In this document: positions 37,540 through 51,004 of the stretch, piece after piece
How the letters are laid out: each line of letters starts with the position of its first letter
How positions within the stretch are numbered: position 1 is the stretch's first letter
Source of the DNA: Trichosphaerium sp. ATCC 40318
Taxonomy: Eukaryota; Protista; Tubulinea
Assembly: GCA_038496445.1 (NCBI GenBank)
Contig: JALMLS010000093.1
Coordinates: 620,001 to 684,000, forward strand
DNA length: 64,000 nucleotides
Reading direction: 5' to 3'
Position numbers and translations under genes: made by a program
Notes under the pieces: generated by a model
What the model saw: the letters and a program-made list of their open reading frames with translations, nothing else
Told to the model about the DNA's origin: nothing
Database searches by the model: none

Positions 37540-39061
37540 TTATTTCTTAGAAAACAGTTTTCTGTTGTAATCACGAATGCGGTGAAAAAAGGGATTTACA
37601 GTTACTTGATGAAGATGACCTCTTCCCATGCAATCACTTACGCCAATCTTTGTTATAGATGGACATAAGCGAACTGCCAATGTAACTAAGAATACTATAC
37701 TATCAATACGTTTCCAAGGTGTAAGTGAAGAAGACTTTTTTGGGGTAATGTCATATATTGAATCCCAAATAGTATATGGTACATCAGATCTTGGCTTAAT
37801 GGTTGTATTAGACATTTCTGAGTGTGAATCTGCTACAAGCGCATTGTTAAATCTCATCTTCATAGTAAAAGTACGATCGAACTCATAGCTTTCGATAGTG
37901 CAATGAACAATATGACCTTTGTATCGAAAGACAATATCAAAATACTCAAGAGCCTATATGAAGTATTAGTACACCAAAAAAAACAATGTTAGAAGGTAAC
38001 GTACACAACAGTATTCGCAATGACCTACTCGCCAAGACTCACATGATATCCGCGCAACTGACCTGAGCTGATCTTTGTACTCCTCCTCTTCTTTTTTCGT
38101 ATTTTCTTCCAAAACTTGAGCTAATATTGCTGCTATTCTCTTTGTAATGTAACGATGAAACGACTTTTTTAATAGAAGTGAAATACACCGTGGAACTTTT
38201 GGTACTTTTTCTTTTAAAACAAATCCTGGGTATGGTGAATAAAAGTCTGTTTCCAAGTCATCTACAGAGTTTAGGCTGTTCACTTTCAGACCGATATCTT
38301 TTAGGATTCTAATACAAAACTGCTCATCACTTAACCTTTGAAAGTCATCTTTCATCTTCGATCTTACAACCATTGATAGGTTTTTACTGACGTCTCTATT
38401 CCCATAAGGGCCACAATCCCAGACAGTGATAAACTTTCTTAAATCTGAATCTCCAATACTCACTTCCACATTGATTGAAAGTTCTAGTTTACCTTGAAAA
38501 AAAACACGTGATTTAGTAAAAAAAAAAGCATGTTAATTGATATTTACCTTTACGATAGTTGTATATTTTATAGTAGTTACAAACTCCATAAACTTTATCC
38601 TCATGTTCTTTTGTATCCAACTGAAACTCACAAAATAGTCCATTTGCTTTGCGATGTACTTTTGATTTGCCGAAGTACCACGATAAATATCTTTTGATTG
38701 TACCTTTGTTTACAAGTTATTTTATTTGTCGAGGACATAAAAAATGGAAATTACCTCTCGGTTTGGGACCACATCCCACTTGAATCAATTCGTTCAACAC
38801 GTGTAGCTCATTCATTGTTTTTGTACCCAAAGTGTTATTTTTAATGATGACTGTATCCTTGTAATGCTTATCAAGTGTTGCTTTTAAATATTGTTTCAGC
38901 TGTAAGATATGTCTCAAGTACGATATGTTAGCGCCTTGTAAACATATCTTTGAAGTCAGCCGAACAGATAAGATTGAGTTGATTGGTAAATAGTTACAAA
39001 AAACTGCAATGACATCAGGTGTTAACTTGTTCAGCTGGTTTTTTTTACAGAATTTTGCCAT
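37540..39061 (-). CDS. F-box protein with unrecognised C-terminal region, multi-exon
   Basis: N-terminal LNKLTPDVIAVFCNYLPINSILSVRLTSK fits the F-box consensus; long minus-strand ORFs are separated by GT-AG introns. Confidence 0.6.
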
Positions 39062-39588
39062 ATCTCAAGCGCTGCTTTTCGTGAGCGTGAAAGAAGCAAT
39101 TGACAGTTTTTCCTTAAGCAGCAGTGGGCACACGTGGAAATAGTGTACTTGGTGTAGTTTTGATATACCAATAGTGTATGCGTTGACTCTACAGCGTTAT
39201 GTAGCATTAGAAACTATAACACGATTCACAACAAAATAAGCGTGACAAAACTGTGTTACACATTCGCAACATGATGCTAACAAATGGTTTCTACTAAGAT
39301 CCATGTGTATTCGTTTTATGTATTGTTTATGATCTCTGAATAGGCACTTCGCCGAAATGGCTGTCAGAAACTTCACTTAAAAACGTGCAAGAAAATTCAA
39401 AGAATAGTTTTTTTTCCATACTGAATTATTAGCGCTTTCTGGAAGCCCTTTACTGCAAATACGTCTATTTATGTTGATATTATATGGAAATATGAGCACT
39501 TTGAACTTGGCTACAGAGATAACAAGTTGTATTTTACATATGCAGAAATGTTGATTTATGTAACTAATTGTTTACGTATAGGCCAAGA

Positions 39589-42500
39589 CTATTTCAATTG
39601 TTTGACTTGGATCAAGCTTAGACTCTATTTATTGGAAAATCTAGTGATGACGAGGTGTAAGCAATGTCAATTTCAAATCCTCGTCTAGAGTTATTTAAAC
39701 TTCTGTCCTTCCATAACCACTCATAATCAGGTATACATTCCATAAGAGAAGATGGACTATATATGATTTCACCAAAGTGTGATGAAGCAACGTTATCCCA
39801 GTATCTGCAAGTTAGCTTTATACTTTTAATACTTTTTTTTGAGTACTTAAATATCTTTAATAGTATCTCTACCTATGCAGGCATCAGTTATTAATTAACA
39901 AAACTATACATGCGATTTAAAAAAGGCCTTAAGCCTCCAAACGGGTATACTAGAATCTTTAAGGAAGCAGGAATAAAATGAGAAAAGAAGACTTTTTTTT
40001 GCTTACTGGCACAAATTGAACAACTTGTTCAGTTGATGGCCATCGTGGAGCCAAATAAATATCCTGTATATTTGTATCACATAACATTTTAACAAAAGCC
40101 TTGTGATAAGTAACTACCCATTCCAAGCAATTTTTATGTGACACAGCTTTGGCAATTTGTCTGAATGTTGGGACTCCATTAAGTTCCTTAAATTACTTCT
40201 TAGAGACCATCTTTGTATATTTCATAATACTTACTGTTGCCAATGCCTTTAATTGTTGGAATGCTTCATAATGTTGTGGATTATTCCTTCTCCTAACTCG
40301 AGGGTTCCACCAACATATTTTTTTGTAATATTTTTCATCTAGATCAAATATAGTATTAATGTCACACCGTGTAGGCCAAGTGTTCATATTCTCTTCTTTA
40401 TCAAAGTATAGTATTGGATTCAAAAAACAGTATGCTTTACTAACAACTGCAGATATGACGCTACATATAGTGAGTACTGGTATTGTCAGAGTGGAAACAA
40501 AATCAGTGCTCGGTTTACCTTTTAAGTGGTTTCTCACCACTGGACAATAACAAACGTTTGTAATTGCGTATAAAAGCAATTAGCTCATTCATTGCACATC
40601 TTATAACACCAGTTAGCATGCTTAAAAACAATCTGTTAGCCTTGAAATACAACATCACCAAAAAAGTGTACTTTTCATATGCCTTTTCAACTTTGTACTG
40701 AAGGTTGCTCAGAATAATATCAATATGTTTCTCACACCAGAATAAACACTATAATCATAGTTAATGGAAATATTTCACTATATTTCTTTACCTCTTGACG
40801 TGTTGCTGGTTTTTCAATTTTCCATTCAGTTAGGGTTGTCATTATTGGCGTAAATGTTGAAGCACTCCATATTTCCTAAGTAGAGTTGTTAGAATAGAAA
40901 CAAGTGAATGAACTTGTTTCAATAAACTGTACATAAGATTTTCTTGTTGCTATGTTCCACCTTGAATGATGACTCAATCTTTTCTCCTTTGTTTGGTATT
41001 TATTACTTTGGCAAAATCGCTTTGGGAGGTAAACCTATTAAGTTATTATTAGTCTCTTTTAAATAATGAATTTAAGCATGCGTCAGGGAGTACTGCCATG
41101 TTGAGGAGTAGATGTTTTGCAACAGAAGGCATATGTTCCATTTGAAAGAATAAAAAACGAATAGGAAGGTATTCGCTAAAAAAAAAAGAGTACATAAGAA
41201 TAATGTAAGAATGAAACCAAAATGAGTACGTACCTCACGTGATTGCGTATTTTATGTATTAAGGGTATTAAACTTTTATCTGGTGGCTTTGATCCCAGTA
41301 TAATTGCATCAAAGGCTTCCACACAAAGATTATTGATAAGATTTTCTTCTACATTATTGATGTTTCGAAGCATTGGTTTCAACAAAAATATGAACGCTGG
41401 CATAACATTCATCTTTGAAAATTCTGGTTTTGGAGCGTTACTTACTGCCTTTAATAATGGTTTAGAAGAAAACCGAGACTTGAGGAACCTATGAACACAA
41501 CATTAGCAATGACACAAGAAGAGCAAAAAACAACTTTCAAAGAAACATTTTTGTTTGGCTCCATCATACGTAGTAGCACGTTTTTGAAGACCTTCTTCTC
41601 GCATATCTAGAACTTGTTCAAAATCCAAACCTATAACATTTACATCCTCTTTGTGTGGAGTTGCTGCAAACAAGTTAAACCAATCAACAAGGAAGCTCTT
41701 TTTCTTACTATAAAACGTTCCCATAAAATATCCTTCTTCCTTCAATATTTTAACAGCCTTAGGTCTTGCTTGAATAGCTGTACTTGGTAAGTCATTGAAA
41801 ACAATACAAAAGAATAGATCAAGTATTTAAAACCCATTTGCGTAAGGATACAGGCCATCAAACCTTCTTGAATTAAATTTATAAGTTTCTTTGTATTTGG
41901 CGTAGGTATCATGCCAATCATGTTTTCCACCGTATTTCCTTTTTCTAGTACACTTTGTATTGCAATATTCAACAACCTGAGGTACATCTATTCGTACTAA
42001 ACCTGGAAACTAAAGTAAAATGTTAAGCCACACAACAGAAAAACTTACTTACTGTGCTGCTGTCTCTAAATTTCTGTAGAGAGTTCAGTAGTGTATCGAT
42101 ATTAATGCCACTCTTTAACAAGTTAGTATTGTACCACACTGTTTCATAGTGCAAACGGGATAAACCTATTGTACCTCTAGTTTCACGCTCGTAAACTTAG
42201 CTAGCGTAATATCAAATTGGTGAATATCTTTAAAGTTTCCTTTCCCATGTATCTTTTGTAGTACTATGAAGAATCACGTGTTAGTCAAATGACTGCCAGA
42301 CTATTTCAATCAAATTGCAATACTTGTTAATAAAAATCCACTGATAAACAAACGTTCTCCCTTATACTCCACCAAATGACATATTCGCCTTGAATTCGGA
42401 TTTATAAAATCTTCAAGATAAAGGGATCCACTTGTATAAAACCTATGATGCGATAAGTGGATTGTTTACGTGAAGAAAGTGTTTTCTTTCACTGGACAAA

Positions 42501-42810
42501 AAAAACCAAAAAGTTTGAACCGACAGATTCTTTCATGTGAACACGTGGTTGCTCATGTGCTTTTAACAAGAAAACATACCAGTTTAAATCTTGTTTAAAA
42601 TGTAAAAGGTATTATACAAAGACGTACAAAAGCTCGGGTGTGCATGTTTCGAAAACAATAAAGTGGTTGAACTGTTGATCAATAAACGAAGAAGGTAGGA
42701 TCTTCAAAGGCTCCAACACCTTCACCTTACATATTATGTAAGGTTTATATCTATCGGTATCTATATTGGTAGGCTCAAGGCACGTGGACTCCAAACGAAA
42801 GTACAACCTA
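39589..42810 (-). CDS. Multi-exon hypothetical protein, 5' end uncertain
   Basis: Chain of minus-strand ORFs bounded by GT/AG, ending ...QVKQLK with TAG at 39589-39591; no domain recognised. Confidence 0.5.
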
Positions 42811-43594
42811 AAACAAAATGAGTTTGTGACAATGTTCGACAGTTTCTTCTTTTTCTGAATCTCTACAGGCAGAAAACGCTATCTAACTAGTATATAACAC
42901 TACTAACCTTTTATTATTTTGTATGTAGCCACCTAGTTTAAGCCTATAGGCCACCCAGTCGTAGAATTTCTCGAAAAACAATAGTTCCTTTTTTGTTTGT
43001 ATTTCAATACCGCTAGAATAGTTAGTGGACTCATCTAGGGTACTGAAACCTACTCATCATCGTATCCAGTATCGCGATTAAGCCCATACATGCGCCCTTC
43101 CTGCAGAAACTTGATTTTACGTTAAAACCAATCATACGCGTTGATTGTGCGTACTGGTAGTAACGGTTGTAGCGTTAAATAGTTTACAAGTGTTTTTACT
43201 TTAATTCCACGCATATACCAATAATGCTTGTACATATCGGCTTTTACGCGACAGGCCGTTTGTGGCGTGTATTTTGAACGTTTTTGCTCCTGTACCGTTA
43301 CAACACAGCCAGCGCGTTCCATGCTAATTGTAAGGAGATGTTGCCACTAAGCTCGTGTAAAATCTGTTGTTAAGTTACCTTCATGAACAAGTTTCATATT
43401 AGGAAAATACCAAGAATTAGCGAATGAGAAAAGTAGTGATTGTGAGTTTTCATCTTAGGAAATTCAAGTAGCGCTGTTACCATTGGTATAAAAACTCCTT
43501 AGGATTTGGTAATAACCGTGTGACTTTGCAAGGTATCAGTAGTACAAAGATCAAGAATTTTGATTTGTAAAAAACGAAAATAATGTTAGTGGTT

Positions 43595-43860
43595 ACAGAT
43601 AAACGAATGTTGTGAACGCCTCCTTAATGCTTTCATGAGATAAATTAATAGTATGAACACCAGCCAAAGCTTTGATGCCTTCATCTGTTATATTCTAACA
43701 ACACGATAAGCAAATAGAATGTACCCAGCAAGCACCTTCAAGGTATCATCTGTTAAAGCGGATGTTTGTTGTAAATCAACTGTGGACACCCTTGATCCGC
43801 TTGTAAATGATTGCTCTCTTACTAAACCAACAAAAATTGGCGAATTTCGGAGTAAAGGGC
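43595..43860 (-). pseudogene. Second relic of the short LRR family seen at 6735-6935
   Basis: TVDLQQTSALTDDTLKVLAG-(frameshift)-VHSICLSCC*NITDEGIKALAGVHTINLS...GVHNIRLS. Confidence 0.7.
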
Positions 43861-43863
43861 TTG

Positions 43864-43974
43864 TAGGAATAGAATTCTGACGTTTTTCTTCCGAAGGTAA
43901 TAACTCGGTGGACATGTTTAGGAATAGAATTCTGACGTTTTTCTTCGGAAGGTAATAACTCGGTGGACATGTTT
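43864..43974. repeat. Tandem duplication, 55-bp unit x2, one mismatch
   Basis: aggaatagaattctgacgtttttcttc(c/g)gaaggtaataactcggtggacatgttt at 43865 and 43920. Confidence 0.95.
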
Positions 43975-44211
43975 CTATTGCAGTCAACACATGACCATGA
44001 CAACTGCAATCATGATGGTAAATTAGTTGTACACTGTTTTTTACAATGATCAAGTCATAGAATACAAAGTACATTATGAAAACTCATGTGCGATTTATGT
44101 ATTTTTTTTATTGTACAAGGATGATGTTATGTTTGGCTTTTTTTTTTTGAAAAGGCATGTGATAATCAAGCTATTTATAAAGTGTATTGCATACACAATA
44201 CGCGAATTACT

Positions 44212-47200
44212 TTACTTTGTATTGTCCTTAACAGGAAGTTCTTTCCTTGGACAAATAGCTAGAGACTTTTTATATGCATCACCAGTAGACAAGATAGAGT
44301 ATTTACTTAGGTAGTCCCTAATTATACCCTCCTTTGCAAGATTATAAGGCTCTTGCTGGAATAAATGCATACGCTGAAGAACTTCAGCTATTTTACGTCT
44401 GTATACAGAGTTAACAAAAGGACAGCAAAAAATGAGATAAGGCAACACAGAGCGTTCTGCAAAATCAACAAAATAAATCTACTTTAGCTGTGTAAGCGTA
44501 ATACCTTTTTAAATAATTTATAGTTCCATCCTTCATTGTATCTACAGCGCCTTCACTAACAAATACAAGATCACTCAATATCAAACCTGAATTTATAAAA
44601 GTCAACAACAAAGAACAAAAAGTGTAGAAAAAAAAAACTAAGCTTAGGTTTAGTTACCGAGGAAAGGAATACATGGAGGAACTACATTCTGCAGTTTCCT
44701 CCTGTAGTTACTATAATTGTCATCAATAGCAAGAAATACTTTAATATCTTCAACAATTCGATGTGATTGCTTACACTTCTCCTCAACACGCTGCCACAAA
44801 AAATAAGAAAAACCTGATTAAACTACTTCAAAGCAAGAACACATACCATCCACGTATTTCTTAGTCTATAAACAGGAGAACGTGCAAACCCAGCTACTAT
44901 CTCCATCAATCCATTATAATTCTGTAATCGACGTAGTTCCTTACTCAAATGTCAACAAAAAATAATACATTGAAGAAATTTTCAATTTAAAGAGTGCACT
45001 CTGTACCTTAGCTATTGCGGCTATTTTTTCAATTTTTGCAATACGTTGCTTTAATTCTTGTTCAATAACAATTTCTGATACAATCCATTCTGACATCTTT
45101 AAAAATAAGGTAAGCAAAGAGCAATAATTTGTCAAAACAAAAAACCAAACTAACTTTGTTTGACCAGTTAATCATTTTAATAATATTAGGGCATAACCGA
45201 TCTCTTGTTTCTTCATTTGTCCATGCAGTACTCAAGCACTCTCCGTGACTATATACAAACAATTAAAAACAAAAAGTAGCCAACGATGAAACGAATAACA
45301 AATCCAAAAAAGAGAAAAAAACAAGAATAAAGATCATAATCTCATGTACCGAATGCACTTGAACAGATCATATTCTATGATTGTTATTTGTCTTGCAACC
45401 TCCACAGGATCAAAAGCAAAGAATCGTATACGTCTTGGTACTATAGACTTTGGTGGAGGTGAAGAAAATTGAGCAGAAACTTCAGACTTTGTATCAAAAT
45501 TCATATCCACTAATTGTTGAAGAGAAACACAAAGATGTTCTGTAAGCGTTTCTCTGTCAAGACTTAATATGACTTTGACAAACTCCCTAAGACTTGTGTT
45601 AAAAATACAACTAATATGCAGTGTAAGAGTAGCTGAGGTACCTATACCGAGGTAATACACGTGCGTCAGCGTCTCCAAGAAGGTCAGAAGAGTATTTTTC
45701 TGCCCAAGTCTTTACAAAATTGCATATCTTTAGTCGGTATCCGAGGTTATCTTCCTTTGACTTATAAAACACGTAGTGTTCTTGTAACTTTTCTATAAGC
45801 TCAAAAGCAGTTGTAAAACTACGATATGTCAAGAGAAAACTCGTCATGAACCAAACTAAATCAACTATAAGATAAACTGACAAAACTGCAACCATTGCAC
45901 ACGCACAGTCAGCTGTTCCATCGAAAATATGACTTATGAGACCTTCTTTGGTATCGCTAACCACTTTCTTACCTAATAAACGAGGTGTCCGAGGTGTAGG
46001 TGTCCTATGCATCGAATCTGGCCTACATAAAATCGTTAATGGCTAGAAGTCACGTAAATGAGTATTGTACTTAGATACGCTCTCAACGGGCAGAGGAATT
46101 CGTAGAAAATCTGCATTTGCCTTTAATACTTCTGCAAGGCTAGGAAACTCTTCATTATCTACAACTACAGCACCTATAAAATGATGTTACAAATGATATG
46201 ATACAACTGAAAAGTATACTACGTACAGGAGTATGGTATCCTGTTAATGCGGAACCTGGATACTTTACCAACACTCTCAACATAATCACATGATAATGTA
46301 AATGGCTGAGAGCTGAACCTATAAACGTATTAGAAACAAAAAAAACCAACAATTCTCATGTTTCTTGTCTCAAACAACTACCACGTACCGTACTATGAAT
46401 GTACCAACAGCAGATACTTCAAGAGCACTTTGAGAGGCTTCTTTGGTTAACTTACCATTAAACCAACGCACAGTAAGCAGAGATGAAGAAAATGGTGTTC
46501 TACAAATATGTTCATTTGCTTCAACCAAATCTTGAAGCGTTGGATACGTTACATTACCGTCTTCCATAGTCACCTAAAGGCCGAAGCGTAAGCTTGTATT
46601 TTGCCTTGAAACCAATAAAAATACGTACACTGTATCCATCACTACAGGTAGTTACGTCAGTTGCCAGAATTTTACGGTCTCCTGATTGTAATTGAAACAC
46701 AAAATTGAGCCCAAAATGTCCAGGTTTGGCACTGAATCGAAGCAAGAATGATCCGACAGTAGCTACAAAAGATGTTAGTAAATTGTAAATGATATCAAAG
46801 AACAAAAGAATCGTTTACCAGTTTCTAGGTGGCGAACTGCTTCAAAGTGTGACATGTTACTATGAAACCAATTTTCGTTTAATAATTTCCTTGTCTAGTA
46901 TTTATTCAGCGTGTATCTCTTTTATGAATGCCTGCATTCATAAATACTTACGTGATCTATAGCGAGTTGCATAGGACCAAAGAGTTTAAGCCACGCGCCA
47001 AAGTTATAAATATTTACAAAATCTGTTTTTTCGGCGGTCACTAAAAAGTTTCGTTTAAGTACTGCTAATGTTGTTTGTTTAACTTACTGATAAGGTATTG
47101 TATGGCCTTCTCTTCATTGATTTTTAATGTATCACCTCCATTCACCTTCTTAAGTGCTCTTATAAAGTCTTGCCATCGTACTGAAGCTTTCTAATGGAAG

Positions 47201-50200
47201 TAAGCAATAAGAAATGATCAAACAATATCAGGTGTACATCAAATCCAAAATTTTTCTCCCAAAACTCGGCAGCATGAGCATCCGACATGATTGCTATAAC
47301 GGCCTAGTGTGATTGTCAATAGCATGAATCAATAGCACAGTAATTGTATTAAAGGAACAACATTCTTAGACTTCAACTATTATACCTTTGAAACATCCTT
47401 CGCGTTCGCTCTCGATCCACCAGAGTGTTTAAGAATACTCTCTGTACGAACACGACGATACTGTTCAGTTGAACTGAGATCCTTTAGCATAGCATCATGT
47501 GCTTGTAATTCGGAACGAAGTCTATGGTTTAGACTCTCAACTTTCATTATACTACAGTACTGATTAGTTATGGTCAAACAGTATACACAACATACGCTGA
47601 CTTTGGTTTGCGCTTCTTAGGTGATTTTAAAAGGCGCGTATGAAGCTTGTCTTCTTCCTCACATAACACATAATAAAATGTGTATAAATGCCGTAAATCA
47701 AGCAACAACCTATGGTAATTAAATATTAACAAGCAAGATAAAAGTCAGTAGTAAAACGTACCCTATGTACTCAACTTTAAACTTTCGTATATTATTCAGT
47801 TTGATTATAAGTTGTTGTAAGTTTACTTGTAACATATCTGCATCGATGTTATAAGACTTTTCTATCATCTCATAAACAACAGTAAGCTTGTCTTTGCCTT
47901 CTTCTATTATTCGGCCAGCCTATGGAGATGTCAGGGTTGCAAACTTAAGCCTCATACGTTTTCAGTGTTGAGAGAACTCAACCACTCTGGAACACATAGT
48001 AGCTTAGTGTCAAAATCCCATACACCAGACTGAACTCCCTAAGTGTTTGTATGTTAGTATTAGTACTCTTTCAAAAGAAATTCTCAAAATAAGCGTAAAC
48101 GTTGGTTTAAGTTAATGTGTACCGATAAAAATGTTTGATTTTCTATTATATACACAAACATATCATCAAGTGGTTTATTAGTAGCTTCACCACCAAATAT
48201 AAGCGGCCTAATAAGTAACTAGTTAGTTCGTTACTAAAACAATCAGGAGAGGCGCGGATAGCCCATGTAATTTTCTTTTGCTAGTGTTTTTTTCTTTGGA
48301 CATATGCGTACCTAAACACCCTCGCATAATGAATAGTGTTGACATTTTTTAGACTGTCCACAAGTGTACTCAGAAAGTCAAGAAGATCTAATATAAAAGC
48401 CAATATATCTGATCCTATACAAGAAAGAAGGGCACATGTCTCTTTACGCATATTCGCAGATGCCAAAGTAAGCGCTGGGTTTAAAGTAAGTCACGTGACT
48501 TTTCAACCAACCTTTTTTTTTAAGGTTCTAATACGTTACGTACAAGCAACTTTGTTGAGTTGTGGCAATAGTTGATTGGGTATTATTGGCTCAGGTAAAA
48601 CAGACAAAAAGTCTAGTAAAAGAAAAGCCAAAATATCCTTATCAAGACTCATAAAATCAAGCGTTATGCCATTCAATAGCTGCAAACGATGTGCTTGAAC
48701 TTGGCGTGACTCTGATTCTGTTTTTCGTCTAAGGAATGTGGTATGAAGAATACCATGGCCACCTCTCTTGTGCTCTAAAACGAAAGTCAACGCTGAAAAA
48801 AAAGCAAAATTGAATCTTGATAATCTTACGTGTTAATATCGAAGCCATACACTTTGATATTACTGATATCCCCTGACCATGAGTACGTGCCATCAAGTAG
48901 TGCAGTGGAACACCTTTAACATACGTTAACATCAAACAAAACAAAATATGACTTCAGCAATACCAAAAATTAGATTAGATGCCACATAAGCACTCTTACA
49001 CATTGCCACCTTCGAATTAATAACAGAGTACCAAGATAAATCTGCCTACAAAAAATACCAAGTAAGAAAAAAACACAGGGTGACTTTTTCGTACTGGATT
49101 TTCTTGTCTTTGTGAAATTGTAGTTTGCAATAAATCAATCCATAGATTGCGCGCTTCGAATGACTTAGCAACAAGTATTACACCAATTCTGGTATCAACA
49201 CGAAATACTTCAAACTCTTGAGACTCTACAGACAAATTTATTAGTCAAACAAAAAAAATTTACGAAATGACATTGTGACACATGTCACGTGTAAAATGTC
49301 CGTGTCAAAAAAATTATGAACGAACCTTTATGCTTTCCAAGCCGTGGCATTACAAGAGATACTCGAAGTGGTAATATCCTATTTTTAGTTAACCAGTCTG
49401 ATCGAAATGGAATAAAATATTGCGTAATGCGTACATTTTTACTACAAAACACTTGCTTTTCTTTTCTGTTAACACTAACATTCTACTAAACAAAAAGCAC
49501 TGATATGTTGTTGTAGAATTACGAGTTCTTATCATTAAAGGTCCATCAAATACATACGCATTGTCAAACCCCTAGAGTAACGTCAAATAAAATACTTTGA
49601 AAAAAGCTGAAACGAAAAAAACTTGTTTGTTTTTTTACACGCTTATAAAGCATTTTTATCACCACCAAATAGTTTTTCGTACGTCTAATTTAAACCCTTG
49701 TATCATACCAGCAATACTTGATTGTTTTTGTAGAACTTTAGATTTTTTTTGCAAAGTCATTTTTACAACAGCATCAACGAGTTGTCTCTCGCGTCCCTCA
49801 ACGTATGTTTCAACACGAAGGTTTAGTAATATACTATGAAGTGTTTTAGAAGGTAGCTGACACTCACGAGATGTTTTATCCGCTATAAGACAATCAGAAT
49901 TGGTACAATAAAATAAATTAAAACAGCGATGTAAAAACGCACTGAAATCAACCAACAACAAGGGAATGTCTTTAAGAGGACATCTGAAAAACCGTTTAAC
50001 ATCCTTCAGTTTCTTTTCAAGCTGCTTCAAGGACTCATCATCACATGAGAATACTATAATGACTGCATCTGCCCATCGGAGCCACTGCGTCAATGAGTTA
50101 GTTCTATACGTTCTAGTATAGATTCTTAAACGTAGGGAACGCCTGGTAACGTACTTCTGGATGATTTTTGTCGTAATCGGCTTCGTTGAGAGCAGGTGCC

Positions 50201-50475
50201 AAAATTGAGATTTTTACATGTTGTTCCTTGCGTTTGCGGCGTGTTTCATAACAATCTAATACATATTAATCGGGAAATTTGAGGTGTAATGATGTAATAC
50301 CGCGTCTGTAGTCAAAGTGGCCTGAGCTGTTCTCTATAACACCGTCTTTGCCAACAACGAAATTATTTACAAAATGCTGTGGCGTGTGCGTTGTGATTAT
50401 TATGGCCTTTATTAGTCGTTAATAACACGTTCTAACGCTATCATTATGCCAACGAACCAATTTAACGTGCGCCAT
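44212..50475 (-). CDS. Multidomain signalling protein: Ras-like pseudoGTPase - PH - RhoGAP-like - EF-hand-like - SH2 - SH2 - RasGEF_N - RasGEF (CDC25)
   Basis: WLRWADAVIIVFS..DIPLLLV (GTPase-like); YQCFLFSRMLVL..RNLWIDLL (PH); IFGVPL..LPEPIIP (RhoGAP); WFHSNMS..GSFLLRFS and WFNGKLT..GTFIVRFS (two SH2); FLLTYRSF (REM); DPVEVARQITIIE, NYNGLMEI, SPVYRLRNTW, PPCIPFLGLILSDL (CDC25). Confidence 0.88.
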
Positions 50476-51004
50476 CGTTAATTACAGAGGTACTGAGCCT
50501 TTGGATAAATGGATCAATACCAAAGACGCGTCGTAGTACATATACAGTGGGTACAGCAATTATAGGGAAGTCTACAATTTTCGTAGGTCTTGTAAAGCCA
50601 ATATGAGTTCGAACGTGGTAATCACTCTTGGAACAGGTGGTTGTATAATTTGGGAAGTCGAGGAGCAAAACGAGTAAAAACGCGTGTTGCCGGATTTGCA
50701 TCTTTTTAGTACGTCATTTGTTGCTCGTTTTCAAATAAGGACTGCTATTAATATCTTGAAAGACCGATTAATCCGTTTTGGGTAAAGAACGCCATGTCAT
50801 CTAGTAATGTTGGTTGTTCCTTAGTACACACGTTTGAGATCACGTGTTACCATTTGATAAAATACCTACTCATCAATTAATAAGTATGTACCACGTGCAC
50901 TAAGCATAGCTTCGTAATATAATGTGGAAAAACTGTGACTTGCGAGTTATGACATTTAATAATGAAGTAAGGCGCCAAGCAACTTTTCTGCTAAAAGTTT
51001 TCAA

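Noticed and set aside
41770-41852. Minus-strand GTATCCTT resembling a U12-type 5' splice site
   Set aside because: No TCCTTAAC-like branch point near the acceptor, and an upstream ordinary GT donor of the same phase explains the frame equally well.
43864-43974. Repeat pair considered as a CRISPR array or terminal repeat
   Set aside because: Two abutting copies, no spacer and no cas or transposase gene; a simple tandem duplication.
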